This document shows, piece by piece, positions 13,660-26,639 of a DNA stretch of 64,000 nucleotides. The stretch lies in assembly GCF_963853765.1 (NCBI RefSeq), contig NC_088855.1, forward strand, positions 28,706,001 through 28,770,000, written 5' to 3'. Positions within the stretch are counted from its first letter, which is position 1, and each line of letters opens with the position of its first letter. This DNA is from Magallana gigas (Eukaryota). The notes below the pieces were generated by a model. The model was given only the letters and a program-made list of their open reading frames with translations, searched no databases and had not been told where the DNA came from. A program made the position numbers and the translations under genes.

Positions 13660-16243
13660 TCCAGAACTATATATTGAGCGTGAACGGACTTCTGGAAGGG
13701 ATATCATTAAGAATACACATGAAGAAGTCCTAGGAAAGAAAACCAACAAGAAGAAAGAATGGATGTCTGATACTACATGGCAGAGGGTCGAAGAAATAAA
13801 GGCGTAAAATGAAAGAAAAAGCTAACAACGCTAAAACAAGAGCTCAAAAGAATGATGCACATGCCAGCCAAAAAATGGTGCACATGCCAAGCACCAAAAT
13901 CTAGATAAAGAAATAAAAAAAAATTATGCAGGAATGACAAATCTTCTAGAATGTCAACTGACTTGCAACAAAAGCAGGAAGAGCTGCCTACAGGGGAGAT
14001 ATAAAAACTCTCTACAACATCAGCAAAACCTAACTATAGACGTAAATCATGCAGGTCTAAACAAAGATAGTAAGGTCCTCACCAAGATAAACGAACAAAT
14101 GGAAACTTAAGGTGGAATGAACACTTCATCTGTGTCCTAAATAGACCAGAACCAGTGGCAATCTTACCACCAGGGGATGACCTTAACATAAAGGTTGACA
14201 ATGTAAAGAATGGTAAAGCGGCTTGGGTTGATGGTATACCACTTGAGCGGTTAAAATATGGCGGAGAAGAGATATTGAATACTTGTATAAACTATTTAAG
14301 TAAATTCTGGACAGCTGAGAGAATATCAACAGAATGGAACAAAGGGCTACTTGTAAAACTGCTTTAAAAGGGAGACCTAAGCTGCTGTGGAAATTGGAGA
14401 TGCATGACCCTGCCACCAGTAGCTAGTAATAAGATCCTCTGTAGAGTTACACTAAACAAAATGAAAGCTGCAGTGGATAAAGTTTAACGGGACGAACAGG
14501 CAGGTTTTAGATCCAGCAGTAGCTGTACTGACTAAATAGCAACTCTAAGAATAATTGTGAAACAATATGTCGAATGGCAGTCAACACTGAACACAAATTT
14601 TATTGATTTTAAAATGTCTTTCGACGGTGTCGGCAAAGATGGAATGTGTCCACTACTGCGACACTATGGAATACCACTTATGATAGTAAATATTATCAAG
14701 ACCTTATATGAAGAATTATCAGTGCAAGTAATACATGAAACATCCATCACTGATTCCTCCTATGTAAATACCGGAGTGAAACAGGCTACTTATTCCATTA
14801 TTAGCAAGACACGTGGCTCAGACGAAGATATTTAAGCCAAGATAAGCAAAGCTCGATAAGCCTTCGCAATGCTCAAACCAGTCTCGAGTTTCAGCACACT
14901 AAGCGAAAGTGCAAAGATCGTGATATTTCTCACTAATGTCAAATTAGTGCAACTATATGGGTTTGAAACTTGGAGACGAACAACAGGACTACAGCAAAAC
15001 ATCTATGTTTTTACCAACAAATGCCTACGACACATATGTAAAGTGACATAACCAATTAAAGCTGACATGAATTCATAAAAGCATTTGGTCGCCATATTAG
15101 TTTCGATCGCTCCTCTACTGCCACTGGGGTATATATACCGGTTGAGAAAGTTACGGTCGGTTGCTTTCCGATCGAGGCATTCACGTTGCACGGACTTCTA
15201 AATGCATGAACTACACATTGCACATGTAGTAAAATGTAGTAATAAAGAATAGAGAAAACAACAATCAATGAAATACAAAATATATTTATTCTTTGAAAGG
15301 ATGTCCAAGGTATCTGTATTATTTTGCACAGACAGTGCTGCATTACTTCGCTTGCACATCGAACACGTGTGTCGTTCATACAGAGTGCATAACGTCTGCA
15401 TCTTCTTGAAAACCCTGGCGACACTACATCCAAACACAGTAGCTAAATGATAGTAAATCCAAGAAAGTAACAACGTTTCTATCCGTTCCTACAAAAACTC
15501 CCCGTTTATAAAATCCATGCGATAATTGACATTGCTCGATCTGCCACAGTGTGTGGTTTGCGCATGTGCGATGTTATAACATACACAGGAAAACGGTCTA
15601 CAATTATCGAGGAATTTCTTAAGTATCTGCGCCTGGATTTCAGTCTGTCTTGTTTCGTCGTTTATTAGATATATCTTGCCAGTGAAGTGGTTGTCATATT
15701 ATTTTTGTTCAAAACGCGTTTTTACAAATCTTTTCGTCCAAGGTAACGTGTTCGGGTGTATGAAATTCCTGAATGCGGTGAAGCATGACGAGGGCTCTCG
15801 GCCTTATATAGGGGGTGTGTAGCGATGAGCAGAACAATAGAAATCGACAACTAATATGGCGGTAGTCGGAGATAAAAGGGAAGTAATGCGTATTTATGAA
15901 TTCATGTCAGCTTTAAGATATCTAACGAACAACTACTGAAGCGTACATGTCAGTCAGGAACCAGCATCACTCCAGATAAAGAAAGGAGCATGGCAATGGA
16001 TTGGCCACAAATGGAGAAAGTCCCAAACCAACATCACCAGAGAGGCGTTAGACTGAAATCCACAAGGCCAGAGAAAACAAGGGAGACCACTGCACAGCTG
16101 GAAAAGGACATGGTTGAAGGAACTTGAAAATATTGGGAAGACCTGGAATGAGGCAAAGAAAACAGCCCCAAAAAGAGTGAGATGGAGAGTGATTGTAGTA
16201 GTCCTATGCTCCACAAGGAAAGAAGAGAACTAAGTAAGTAAGT
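13660..16243 (+). mobile_element. Decayed RTE-type LINE: 3' part with reverse transcriptase remnants and (TAAG)n tail
   Basis: EEVLG..KKKEWMS..TW, NGKAAWVDGIPLERLKYGG, NFIDFKMSFD, LLRHYGIP, LYGFETW, WQWIGH and NPQGQR..GRP remnants. It ends in TAAGTAAGTAAGT (16231-16243). Many stops; interrupted at 15060-15912. Confidence 0.8.
15060..15912. mobile_element. Non-autonomous TTAA-specific DNA transposon (Kolobok-like) inserted in the LINE
   Basis: Perfect 20-bp TIR AGCTGACATGAATTCATAAA (15060-15079 / 15893-15912) and TTAA duplication (15056-15059, 15913-15916). The LINE peptide resumes across the insertion (RHICKVT.. / ..ISNEQLLKRT). AG termini plus TTAA suggest Kolobok. Confidence 0.8.
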
Positions 16244-17261
16244 GATAATCAAATGCGCAAGTCTTGAAATATTTTCACATTAGAATTTTTGCTAAGTAGA
16301 GGATCTTGCGTTGGTGTGTGTGCGGGGGAGGGGGGTGGCTGGCCATCTCTCTAGGGATTTTCAGAGTCTAAGATATGGAGTAAATGAGTTATAGTACGCT
16401 CTAAGTTATCAGTACACGGATCCCTTGTTCATTTTTAAGATTATGCATATGCAGAAAATCGGTCGATGCTTTAGGAATATTGAATTCTTCTTTCTCATAT
16501 CCACGAAAGCTGCAAGGTTCGACAATTTTCTCATCAAAAGTTTGTAGAATAGACACCAATGATATCCTTTTATATTTTTAAAGATTTCTAAAGTCAGCAG
16601 CTGCGCAGTTCTAAGTGATTAAAATTTATTATGACAGAGACTGAACTGAAGAGATTTGAAATGAAAACATAAAAATAACACAGTTATTTCTTTGGTGGTT
16701 CATGTGGGTATGAAAATAGCGACCATTGCTGATGAGGGTTATTTTTATTTTTTGTATATTTGGTTTATTATTTTTTTTTGGTTGCCTTTATATCCACATG
16801 AACCACCCAAGAAAGCATGTTCTTGTTTTAATATTGCATTATAATGAAGGTGTTTATAGTTCTTAAAAAAATAAAATAGTCAACAACTATAAAGAATAAT
16901 ATCATATTTAATTTCTTGAACTTGTGTCATAATTTAACGAAATAGCCCTAAAAAGTGGAATGTTGTTTATGCTGATAATTCGAATTCGTATTCTTCCATT
17001 ATGCGGAGGCTTCTTCTTTCTAAACAAAGCGAAATAAAAAATATCTTACATAGTATTCTTATACGTGTTCTAGGTACGTGCATTTACGCTGACATTGAAG
17101 TTTATAAAAGACTGAATGATACATGCAGTTGTTAAAGGCAATCTATCAGTGTGAACAATAGAAATGTTATGAAATCAATCAAAATTCATTAATTTGGTTA
17201 TTGTATATTTGCGGTGAAATAAACATATAAAAATACAATATCTAGACGAAGAGAATAATAC

Positions 17262-18898
17262 CTTGAATTCAGAAAAGCTGAAGAAAAACAATTTTCTTGG
17301 CATGAAGCCATCATCATCATCATCGTCATCCCCATCGTCATCGAGGACAATCTAAAAACAATAGAAAAGAGAAATATAATTTTTTTTACCGGGATCATTA
17401 CTTAATAATGAGTTATAGTTCGTATTTCAGTGGATGGGGTCATGAATTTTTTTTTTTTAATTTCGGGGCAACTAAGGCCATTTATAACAAAGAATTTAGA
17501 GGGAAAAATTTGGCATCGACGCCTTCTCTTCTCTCAAATTATACAAATTTGGATAAATACTTCATTACAGTTTTATGAGTGTTTAATACATTTCTCCAAG
17601 GCCGTATATCTCGAATTTCTTGGTATTAAAGTTGTAAAGTACTAATGAAATGTTATTACCTTGTTTCTTACATTGAAACCAGTCTTTTCAATTTCTCTTT
17701 CTTCTTTTAAGAGCTGATTGGTTTCTACGGCTTCCAATTCAGGATCTTTTGGTTTCGGCTCCTTTGATCCGGTCCTTGACGCCCTGAAACTTTGTTCGGC
17801 TTTTTCATCTCTGTGAAGAAATTTAACATGTAGTTATTAAATATGATAGTTATAAGTGTTGTCTGTACATATAATATACATTTGTATTAAATTGCTTAAT
17901 TGAGAATTATTCTTAACATTTCATACTTCTAACGCCGAGTACGTATTTGATTTTTGGAAAAGGAAAATAGAACTATGAAATTCAATTACTAATGAAGTAC
18001 AAATACAATGTATACATGTGGTAAAAAAGAAAAGAAGATATTTTACCCGATATAAACAATATTGTTTTCATTGTCCTTCGCTCTTTCCAAATCTTTATGC
18101 CCTTCATCATGAAAGTTTTCTATCTCTTTCTTCAAGCCATCATCATCAACGTGCCCAGCATCTTCAGACAGCGAAGTATTTACTTCCTTCACGGAAGTGA
18201 AATTTTCTTCGTTTTCTTGCTTCACCTCCATATCAGCCCCTTCATCCTTTTTTATATGACTTTCCTCTCCAAACATCGACTGGTTTACTTCGCTCTTGCT
18301 CTTTAATCCATCTTCAACTCTCTTTATTATTTCTGATTTTACTTCGTCAAGTAAGTATTCAACCAACTTATCAAACTGTACACCCTGTTGCTCGTTTTCT
18401 TCGACGTCCATCTTTGGGGATTGAACCACAGAATTCTCAGTCTTGCCATTTGGCTTCTCCTCGTCTTTCTCTGAAACTGCCATCCCAGTACCCTCAATTT
18501 CATTCTGACTCAAATCGTATGACATTTTTCCATTGGGAGCCCCCATGGTTTTGTCAAGCTGCTCTGTTTTCTCCGAACTCTTCATCTTTTTGACGTACGG
18601 CCGTCTCCTCCGTTTACGCTTGATGTGTCTCTCTAGGGCAAGGAGTCTTCTTTCCTCCAATACAGGAATATTCTTAATTCGACGTATCATTTCTCCATTT
18701 CCGATTCCATTAACTTTCTTGTCATCTGAACGTTGAATCCCGAGTCCCTCTGTGATTCGACAGTTTTCCTATGTTTAAAGAAGACAAAAGAGATTGTAAC
18801 ATTCTGTCGCAACTTTATGATTTATCGATATTTACAAAATTAATTTTACTTACCATATTGAAAACTGGACCATTTCTAGAATCTGACTGTGACTCCAT
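17262..18898 (-). CDS. Orphan Lys/Glu-rich, probably disordered protein; at least 336 aa, 3' end unresolved
   Basis: Phase-compatible GT-AG exons 18898-18854 (MESQSDSRNGPVFNM), 18768-18047, 17810-17660 and 17351-17262 (IVLDDDGDDDDDDDGFMPRKLFFFSFSEFK). NLS-like KRKRRRRP. A probable 5' UTR exon has its donor near 19136. Confidence 0.65.
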
Positions 18899-18960
18899 TT
18901 TACTGTGATCTGAAACGAAGTATGTCTTCTATAATAACATCTGATATATGTCTATGTGCA

Positions 18961-19084
18961 TACTGTCATGTTGTAAATTTTGAGTTTACCGGGTGGTGGT
19001 AAAAACAAAATTTACAAGGTTGTCATGTTGTAAATTTTGTATTTACTGCCACCCGATAAATTCAAAATATACAGCATGACAATA
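18961..19084. repeat. Inverted dimer of the ~65-bp hairpin mini-element
   Basis: TACTGTCATGTTGTAAATTTTGAGTTTACCGGGTGG... followed by a second copy in the opposite orientation ending ...CAGCATGACAATA. Confidence 0.7.
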
Positions 19085-19289
19085 CATACAATATTTAATT
19101 GTTCTAACTACCGACAACCATGCGATTTTTCATTACCTGCCAAATCCTCTGTGTATTCTGTAGTGATAGTGATTGCGTCGTTTTGATTGTGACGTTATAC
19201 CATGTGACTATGATTGTGACGCCACGTTAACTTGCGAATCGAAAACGGAAGACGGATCCGGCGACGATGTAACGAAGACTAATTTTTTT

Positions 19290-19815
19290 TAACGTTATCC
19301 CTGATTCAGAATCAAATGGCCCCAACTTAAAAATTTGTTGCACTTACACTGTTAAATAACAGGATCTTCACAATTGTTATCACAATTTTAAGTCTGCATA
19401 AAATCTGACGAGCTGATATCGGACTAGATAAAGGAATGAATATTTTGAAACTATTATTCATTTTTTTTATTATCATATTTTTTATATATATATATAGTAG
19501 TTACCGGGAGCGACGTAAATAATGTTATTTATATCTCTTCTTCTTCTTCTTCTTCTTCTTCTTCTTCTTCTTCTTCTTCTTCTTCTGCAGCAGCAACAAC
19601 GATAGTAGTTACCATAATGTTAATGAATTTTGTATAACACCACCCCCTCCCCGTTTAAAATAAATATTTTGCCGGAAATTTTAGAGTCATCTAAATACGT
19701 TAGCTACATTCGTCTAAAACCTATTTCCGGTGTTGATTTGTACAACAACCACCACATACATTGATACAAAATACATTTTACTCTCTTATCCAATTACGAT
19801 CTTACAGTGTTAACA
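19290..19815. promoter_or_regulatory. Probable bidirectional promoter region (orphan gene / ILKAP)
   Basis: About 0.5 kb between divergent 5' ends. Two oppositely oriented CCGGAA ETS-type motifs (19672-19677, 19725-19730). Transcription starts are not directly visible. Confidence 0.45.
19537..19586. repeat. (CTT)n microsatellite
   Basis: Direct observation, about 16 units. Confidence 0.95.
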
Positions 19816-22800
19816 ATGGATTTGTTTGGCGACCTGCCTGAGCCAGGTTAATTGTGTTAATAGATATAGATGTACTTTGATTTGTATTTCTAATGTTTAA
19901 TCTCATTACAATAATACAACATTAGTCCAACTCAGCGATTCCACACTTTGCAAATTCTGTTTTACGATTACCAAGATTAGAAATACATGTATTTTGGTCA
20001 AGTTCTTCAACCAGTAAAAATTAACGTATCAAAATTTTCCGCTCAAATTCACCATATCCTTTTAAATTATTTTTATCATGGTTAAATAATTGTACCGCCT
20101 AATAAGTAAATTGAAATCAATTTATAGCGACATCCAACAGTGCAAGTGAATCAGCAAGTCTCTACGATGACATTCCAATAAAAAATGACACAAGTGCCAC
20201 CAAAGCCCAAGAGAGTGAGAAGATCCAGATAAACTGTAAACGGAAAGCAGAGGAAGACGATAAAAAATCCACAAAGTTAAAAACATCTGGTAATACACAA
20301 AGGAACTAACAAGAAACATGATAAATACATGTACATGCATATTTGTGTAGGATTCTTTAATCATACACTGTGAAAAATGTATAATCGCACTCTTAATCAA
20401 GTTAGCAGGTTTGTAAAAATAATTAATGCCCCCTTCGAAGAAGTTAGGGCATTTTGCTTTGCTGCTGTCTGTCAGTCAACCAACAGTTTCTGTTCATTTT
20501 CCTCGCAGAGGTTGCACATACTGAAATGAAATTTAGTATACAGATTTTTCATAAGAATATCTGTGACAAGTTCTGTTTTGGGTATGATCGAGCAGTTTTG
20601 ACTGTCATGCCCCTTGACCTTAGCTAGCTAGAAAAATACCGATTATTTGAAATTTCCATTCATTTTCTTCGCAGAGGTTGCACACACTGAAATGAAATTG
20701 GTATGTAGATATATCATACATATGTAAGAATATCTAGGAACCTATATTTCTAAAACTTTTTAGTTCAGACACGTCATACTTCATTGGTTGATGCATCTCT
20801 GATAGTACTGATAGATGCCCCCTATTGATTTTAAGTTCAAAAGGTCAATTTCATTTCCATGTATGCTGCCTATGATAAAGGTTTGTGACCCTATAGTTAT
20901 GTCTAAGGGAGGGGGCATAAGTGTTTCACAAACATCTCTTGTTGATCTTTTATTAGTTTAAGTACATTAGTTCTGTAACCATAGACTCTCTTGAGGCTTT
21001 AATTCTGTCTGTCTTTCTTTCTTTCTAGGAGCATTGTTTGTCTGAAACAAAATCAGATTTTATTAAATCATGGATTCTTGATTGTCAGGTATAACAAGCA
21101 AAAGATTTTGTGCTAATGGCAAAGAAACAAGCCTTTTAATCTGAATTTAATTACCAGCAAAGGAAGGAGCTGGAACACTATAATCAATAGACTAGTCCCC
21201 CGTATAGTACAGCCAAGATTAATACATTGGGAGTTTGAAGTAGCTAATTGAGGTTATAGACTTATGTTAGACTTTATATTGCAGTAAAGTACAGATTGTC
21301 TCCATTCTATGCCGAGCGACAAGGAGAGAGGGATGAAATGCAGGATGAGCACATCCTAATGGAGGACATCACACAGCAGATACCAAACCTCCATCCATCT
21401 GTGTAAGTCTGTCGGGTTCAGTATAGGCACCAGTATTGTAGATTCCTCATTAAATGGAAGGAATTGATATCCACATAAAATCACCAGAAGCACCCATCAC
21501 AAATTTTGAAAATCTTACTTTTATTTTGCTGACAGTCATGAATGATATAAAACTTTAACAGACATTAGGAGCTCAAAATGTTTGACTTGCAGTTTGATAC
21601 AAAATGGGAGAATCCCAGAAATAAGTACTACGTAAGTTATTCAAAAAAAAAAAAAGAAATTACAGTAAGCGCAGAAAAAGATGACTTTTTTTTTTTATCT
21701 AAAATAACAAAATATTTACAATAGGCATTGTTTTATTTGAATCCATTGTATAGAATATAATTAGATAAAATGAAGAACAAAGGAAATGGACTTTTGATTT
21801 GCTGTACAAGCTTGATGACACAATCCAAAAGATTTGACCCTTTCATTATTATAATCAATATTTTTCAATAATGATTTTCATCTGAACATTACTAGTTTTT
21901 TGACTGTCTCATTACCGGTATTTATTATGAGAATTATTACTTAATTTCTATCACGCATATACATACATATATGTTACTGGTACATGCAAAAAAAATGAAT
22001 TAATGAATTTGACAGTATGTAAATCAACTTGATGAACAACTTCTGTCTCAACAGGTATCGAGTTTCCTTTTTCGCTGTCTATGATGGGCACGGTGGAGCC
22101 AGGGCTTCTAGGTTTGCATCCAGACATTTGCATAAATTTCTCCTGGATAAGTTCCCAAAGGGTAATGTACCCCACCCACCCATTTCATCACATATTAAAC
22201 AAGAACCAATTTTCATCTTTTAAGCAATTAAAAGCCATTTCCTTTGTACTGATGTTAAATTTTACGAATATCTTGTATAAAGTGTAAGATTAATGTACCA
22301 GATGAGTGATGATGTATTTGAGATTATTTCATGTTTAAATTGTTTTACTTTTTTACAAATATAGGTGAAGTGTCTATTGTTGAGAAAGAAATGAAGAAAA
22401 CCTTAGTAGAAACTTTCAAAAAGACAGATGAAGAATTTCTGAAAGAAGCAACAAAAATGTGAGTTAGAATTATTTTTGTTTGCATGCATGATTTATTACT
22501 GTTAAATGCAGATAGACAAGATCTCCATATTGGTCTATGAAATAATATCTCTTTCTTCTAAAGTATTAACATCTTTCTTTCATTTCAAAATCTAAAAGTC
22601 ATTACTTAATCATGCTGCACAATTAGTTTTAATATCATGGAACATGCCATTTGGTTAATTAAATTAACCCATGCTCCATGATATTAAAACTAATTGTTCA
22701 GCATTGCATATTAATACCTATACATATCAACTCCCCTACTCACACCTTATATTAATAGCAAAAGATGCTACACCTTTTAATTCAACAGAGATTTATTGTT

Positions 22801-25800
22801 TTTGTTTTTACAGCTATGTAAAAATGTAAAAAAAAAAAAAAAAAATTAATTAATTTAATTGAATTTTCAGAAAACCATCTTGGAAGGATGGAACAACAGC
22901 TACAGTAATGGTGGTTATTAATGAAACAGTGTTCATAGCTTGGCTTGGAGACAGCCAGGTAAATGGGTGCAAGTGGATTTTGTAACAATGAAAGATAAAA
23001 AGAACCAACTCATTTTCATTTTGAAATATACATATCATGAACCACTCCCATGCCCTAAGCTCCCTCCCCTATCCCCTTCAAAGAGAGTTTCATTTCTGTC
23101 CATTAAGTCAATAAATTTGTTGTACAGAAAATTTGATACTTGCACATTGATACAAAATCCTTTTATATGAAGTTGAAATTATCAACCTAATTGTGTGCAT
23201 GATTTGTGTTTCTTTTGATAGGCAGTTCTGTGCCGACAGAAGGAAGATAACTCTTGCATTCCAATCCCACTGACGACGGAACACAGTCCCTCGGTGTATG
23301 AGGAGAGGATCAGAATTCAGAAAGCAGGCGGACATGTCAAGTACGCAAGCATTAATTCCTCCATGTTGAAACACCTAATTATTCAGTAGTCTCTGCATAA
23401 AGATGGTTGCAGGGATTTTTTGTATTAATGGTGCAATGTATAAATCCTTTAGCATTTTACTGTAGTTTATATGATATCTAGTACATTCACTGAAATGTAA
23501 CAATAAAATCATTGGCTTTTCAAAGGATTCATAAACTCTTTTTATTAGAAACAATTTTGATTTTTAATCTGTATAAGATACAGTCAAACTTCATTATCTC
23601 AAACTAGATGGGACTGTTTAAAGACTTTGTGATATCCAAGAATTCGAGATATTAACTTAAAGGGTAAAATACTAAAAAAATAAGGGGTTTGGACTTACAA
23701 ATCACTTCATCATATCCATTGTATTCGAGATATCAGTGTTCAAGATATCGAAGTTGAACTGTAATTACATATCAGTATATTTAGATTATTTATGCAATAA
23801 TTATGTAAACCAATTACCACACCCAAACTTCTGCTGATAATTTTTGAAAAATAAAATCAGTTTCTTTTAATTATAGAGGTATATAAAGTGATGATTTTTG
23901 TTTCAGGGACGGTCGAGTGTTGGGAGTATTGGAGGTGTCAAGGTCAATTGGAGACGGCCAGTATAAGAAGCTCGGTGTGTCTTGTGTACCTGACGTCAAA
24001 AAATGTCAGCTGACTGATCAAGACAGGTATTTATATCTCTGAGGTCATCGTAACTTTTTGTGAACAAATAGAAAATAGAAATATTGTATATATTTAGTGT
24101 TTTCTTGTCAGTTTCCTTCTAGCGGAATCAGTGGTTAATTATCTCCTTGTCTGTCTGTTTGTCAGTTTGACCCACTTTATAGTTTTCCACTGACCAGATG
24201 TTAGCTTTGAGAATTTATAGAGGATTTTAATTTTTTAATTCATAGGTATATTGTATTGGCTTGCGATGGTTTGTGGAAGCGATTCTCTTCTAGTGAATGC
24301 ATCAGCTTCACAAATAACCTTTTAGAGGTATGGAAAATCTGGAAAAATTTTATGTTTTTCTAATGGACATTATTTCTACTATAAAGTACATGTAATGCAT
24401 AATCTTGTATTTGGATGAAGAATTAGTAAATTAAAATGGAGAATAATTCTAAAAACACTTTTTCAATTAAAGATCATGAAAAATTATCTTTAAAAATTTG
24501 TGTATGTATTGTTCAAAATAGATACTATACTCTGTCCCGAGTTTTTGCTTCCACCACTTTTTGCTTGATATTTCAATAATAGTAAATACCTTTGTGCTCA
24601 AACTAAGTTCATCCACTAATATAAAAAATGTCCAGATTATCTGTTTTGAAACGCCCCCTCTACCACTTTAGGTTTCAATACACATCCCGAAATTGAAAGT
24701 CTACGGAGATTTTGCATTGCAACAGCCATTAATAAGCCCGGATGATAACGTTAAAAAATTGTGCGATGTATTCCGAGTGTATTCCGAATGGAGAAAAGAT
24801 GTAAACATTCCCCATTATAAATCTCCGTAAGGAATCTGTTTTCGTTCCTGTGAATTTTTCTGAGTGGAAAGGGATAATTGTTCAATGAAGATATCTTGGA
24901 TATATTTCCTTTTAACGATTTCAACTGTATTTCTTTCACAGGTATGTGTAATTTTATTAAAAATCATCAAAAAGCGATGGAAGCAATAACTTGGGACAGA
25001 CTATAGTAGATATATTAGTATGGTTACAGATAATTTTTTTTTTTTAAATATCTGACAAAATGAATGCTTGGAAAATCAGGTATTTCAAACTATTTACTAA
25101 ATAATTTTGTTGCTTTGTCAGAATTTTATTTTTTGTTTCATCTTAACTGTCATTCTGTCCTGACTTAATTTAGTGTATGTCCAGTGTAAACTCGACCTGG
25201 AGTCAAATGAAGAAAACATCAAAAGCCGACCATTGTTCTTTAAACTGACAATTAAGTAGTGGTACAGGGTTGGACAAAATCTGAATGACAATTAAGTAGT
25301 GGTACAGGGTGGGACAAAATCTTTCTTGGTCAAGTTTTGGTTACCAAACATTTAACATTGATGGCAATTTGACATACATTTATTAAGATATATGTCGAAA
25401 AGGTTAAAAAATGAACCAATCCACAAAAACTTGAGAAGAAAAAATGTACTTTGCTCTTTGGTCCTGAGGGATAAACTATTCCAGGATTTCGTTTTCTTTT
25501 TTTTTTTTTAGATTTTATATGTTCAAAAGTATTATACTTTAAATGTTGTTGTCTGTAATGTAGGCCTATATATAACTGTAATATTTATTATACAGTAAAT
25601 TTAGAAATTTAGAATTTACATGTATTTATATACTTTCAGAATAAATGTAAAATAATGTTAAATATGATAAGTTTTTGTCAGGTAAATTTAAACTTTTATC
25701 TGAATAGCATAAAATATTATTCTCATGGAGAAAAGTTCAAGGGGGATTTTTTTTTTTTAAAGTCTCTTCATTGTTAAAAAACCAACAAATAAAAAACAAA

Positions 25801-26639
25801 AAAAAATAGAAAACCCTGTGTTCATGGATGATTTTTTATACCTTGAAAATTTTTCTGACCTCATTACAATTTTTTACGGTTTTATAACCCATAAACCACC
25901 TGCGAGTGGCCATCCCTTTTATCGACTGACAACTTATATACACAGGCAGGCAACTTACTTCAAAACGGTCGGTAGATTTATGTTTGTTATCAAGACACAT
26001 TTAATGGTACACCTGGATGCACTTGAGCAGACAAAGTTTTTGAGTTTTTATTCGACTTAAAAAATGCAAAAGTTAACCGGCTTGACCCTTTTTTGGTTGG
26101 GAATTATGGGGGGGGGGGGTTAATTCTGGGATTGGTCTTATTTAGGGGACTTAACTATGAACCTCTGCAATTTTATTGGCAAAATAAAATTTGAAAAAAA
26201 TATGGAATTACCAAATTTATTTATTTGAGGTTTGTTTAAAAAGTTTCTATCAGTTATACTATAACTAACTTACAGCTAGATTTCTTGTAGAATATTTTTG
26301 GCTGCTATTGACACACATATAGAACTGAAACATTTACCAGCTGTTTACGGTGACTTTCATTTGCTCGCGTATTTATACGTTTGATTTATGACGAGACATT
26401 CTCTTCTGTGCAATTTTGTATAGAATAGTACATGCATTTTTCTTTTTTGCAAGTTATGGATAATTCTTTCCATTTTTTTTTCATATGATGTATAGGATGC
26501 AAGCATACCGGAATCTAATGATAAAACAGCAATGGAAGTGCGTTGTCAGAACGTCTGCCAAAAATTAGCAAATGAAGCGGTTCTTCGACTCAGCGCAGAC
26601 AATGTGACTGTAATACTAATATCCGTCAACAAAACATGA
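19816..26639 (+). CDS. ILKAP: ILKAP-type PP2C/PPM protein phosphatase, 10 coding exons, 354 aa
   Basis: Exons 19816-19846, 20128-20289, 21285-21402, 22055-22161, 22365-22458, 22871-22958, 23222-23340, 23907-24026, 24246-24327, 26496-26639. All GT-AG, phases consistent, total 1065 nt. The N-terminus MDLFGDLPEP is characteristic of ILKAP. PP2C motifs EMQD, DGHGG, WKDG, GDS, EVSRSIGD, ACDGLW and ADNVTV are present. Confidence 0.95.
20423..20943 (+). mobile_element. Helentron/HINE-type element in ILKAP intron 2
   Basis: Subterminal IR ATGCCCCC / GGGGGCAT, a (CTGT)-like tract, an internal duplicated unit TTTTC..CGCAGAGGTTGCACA.ACTGAAATGAAATT (about 20497 and 20664), and end ...ACAAACATCTCTTGTT. 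Confidence 0.65.
23581..23761 (+). mobile_element. TA-flanked MITE (Tc1/mariner-like)
   Basis: TA|CAGTCAAACTTC ... GAAGTTGAACTG|TA. A related copy lies in the opposite orientation at 63541-63716. Confidence 0.75.
24523..25008. mobile_element. MITE with a ~30-bp imperfect TIR in ILKAP intron 9
   Basis: TACTATACTCTGTCCCGAGTTTTTGCTTCCA / TGGAAGCAATAACTTGGGACAGACTATAGTA. Confidence 0.7.
25246..25322 (+). repeat. 37-bp direct duplication (period 40)
   Basis: TGACAATTAAGTAGTGGTACAGGGT(T/G)GGACAAAATCT occurs twice. Confidence 0.9.

Noticed and set aside
15056-15473. Cys-rich ORFs (125 aa and 91 aa, -) as the last exon of the orphan gene
   Set aside because: They lie inside the TTAA-flanked transposon and show no recognisable protein signature.
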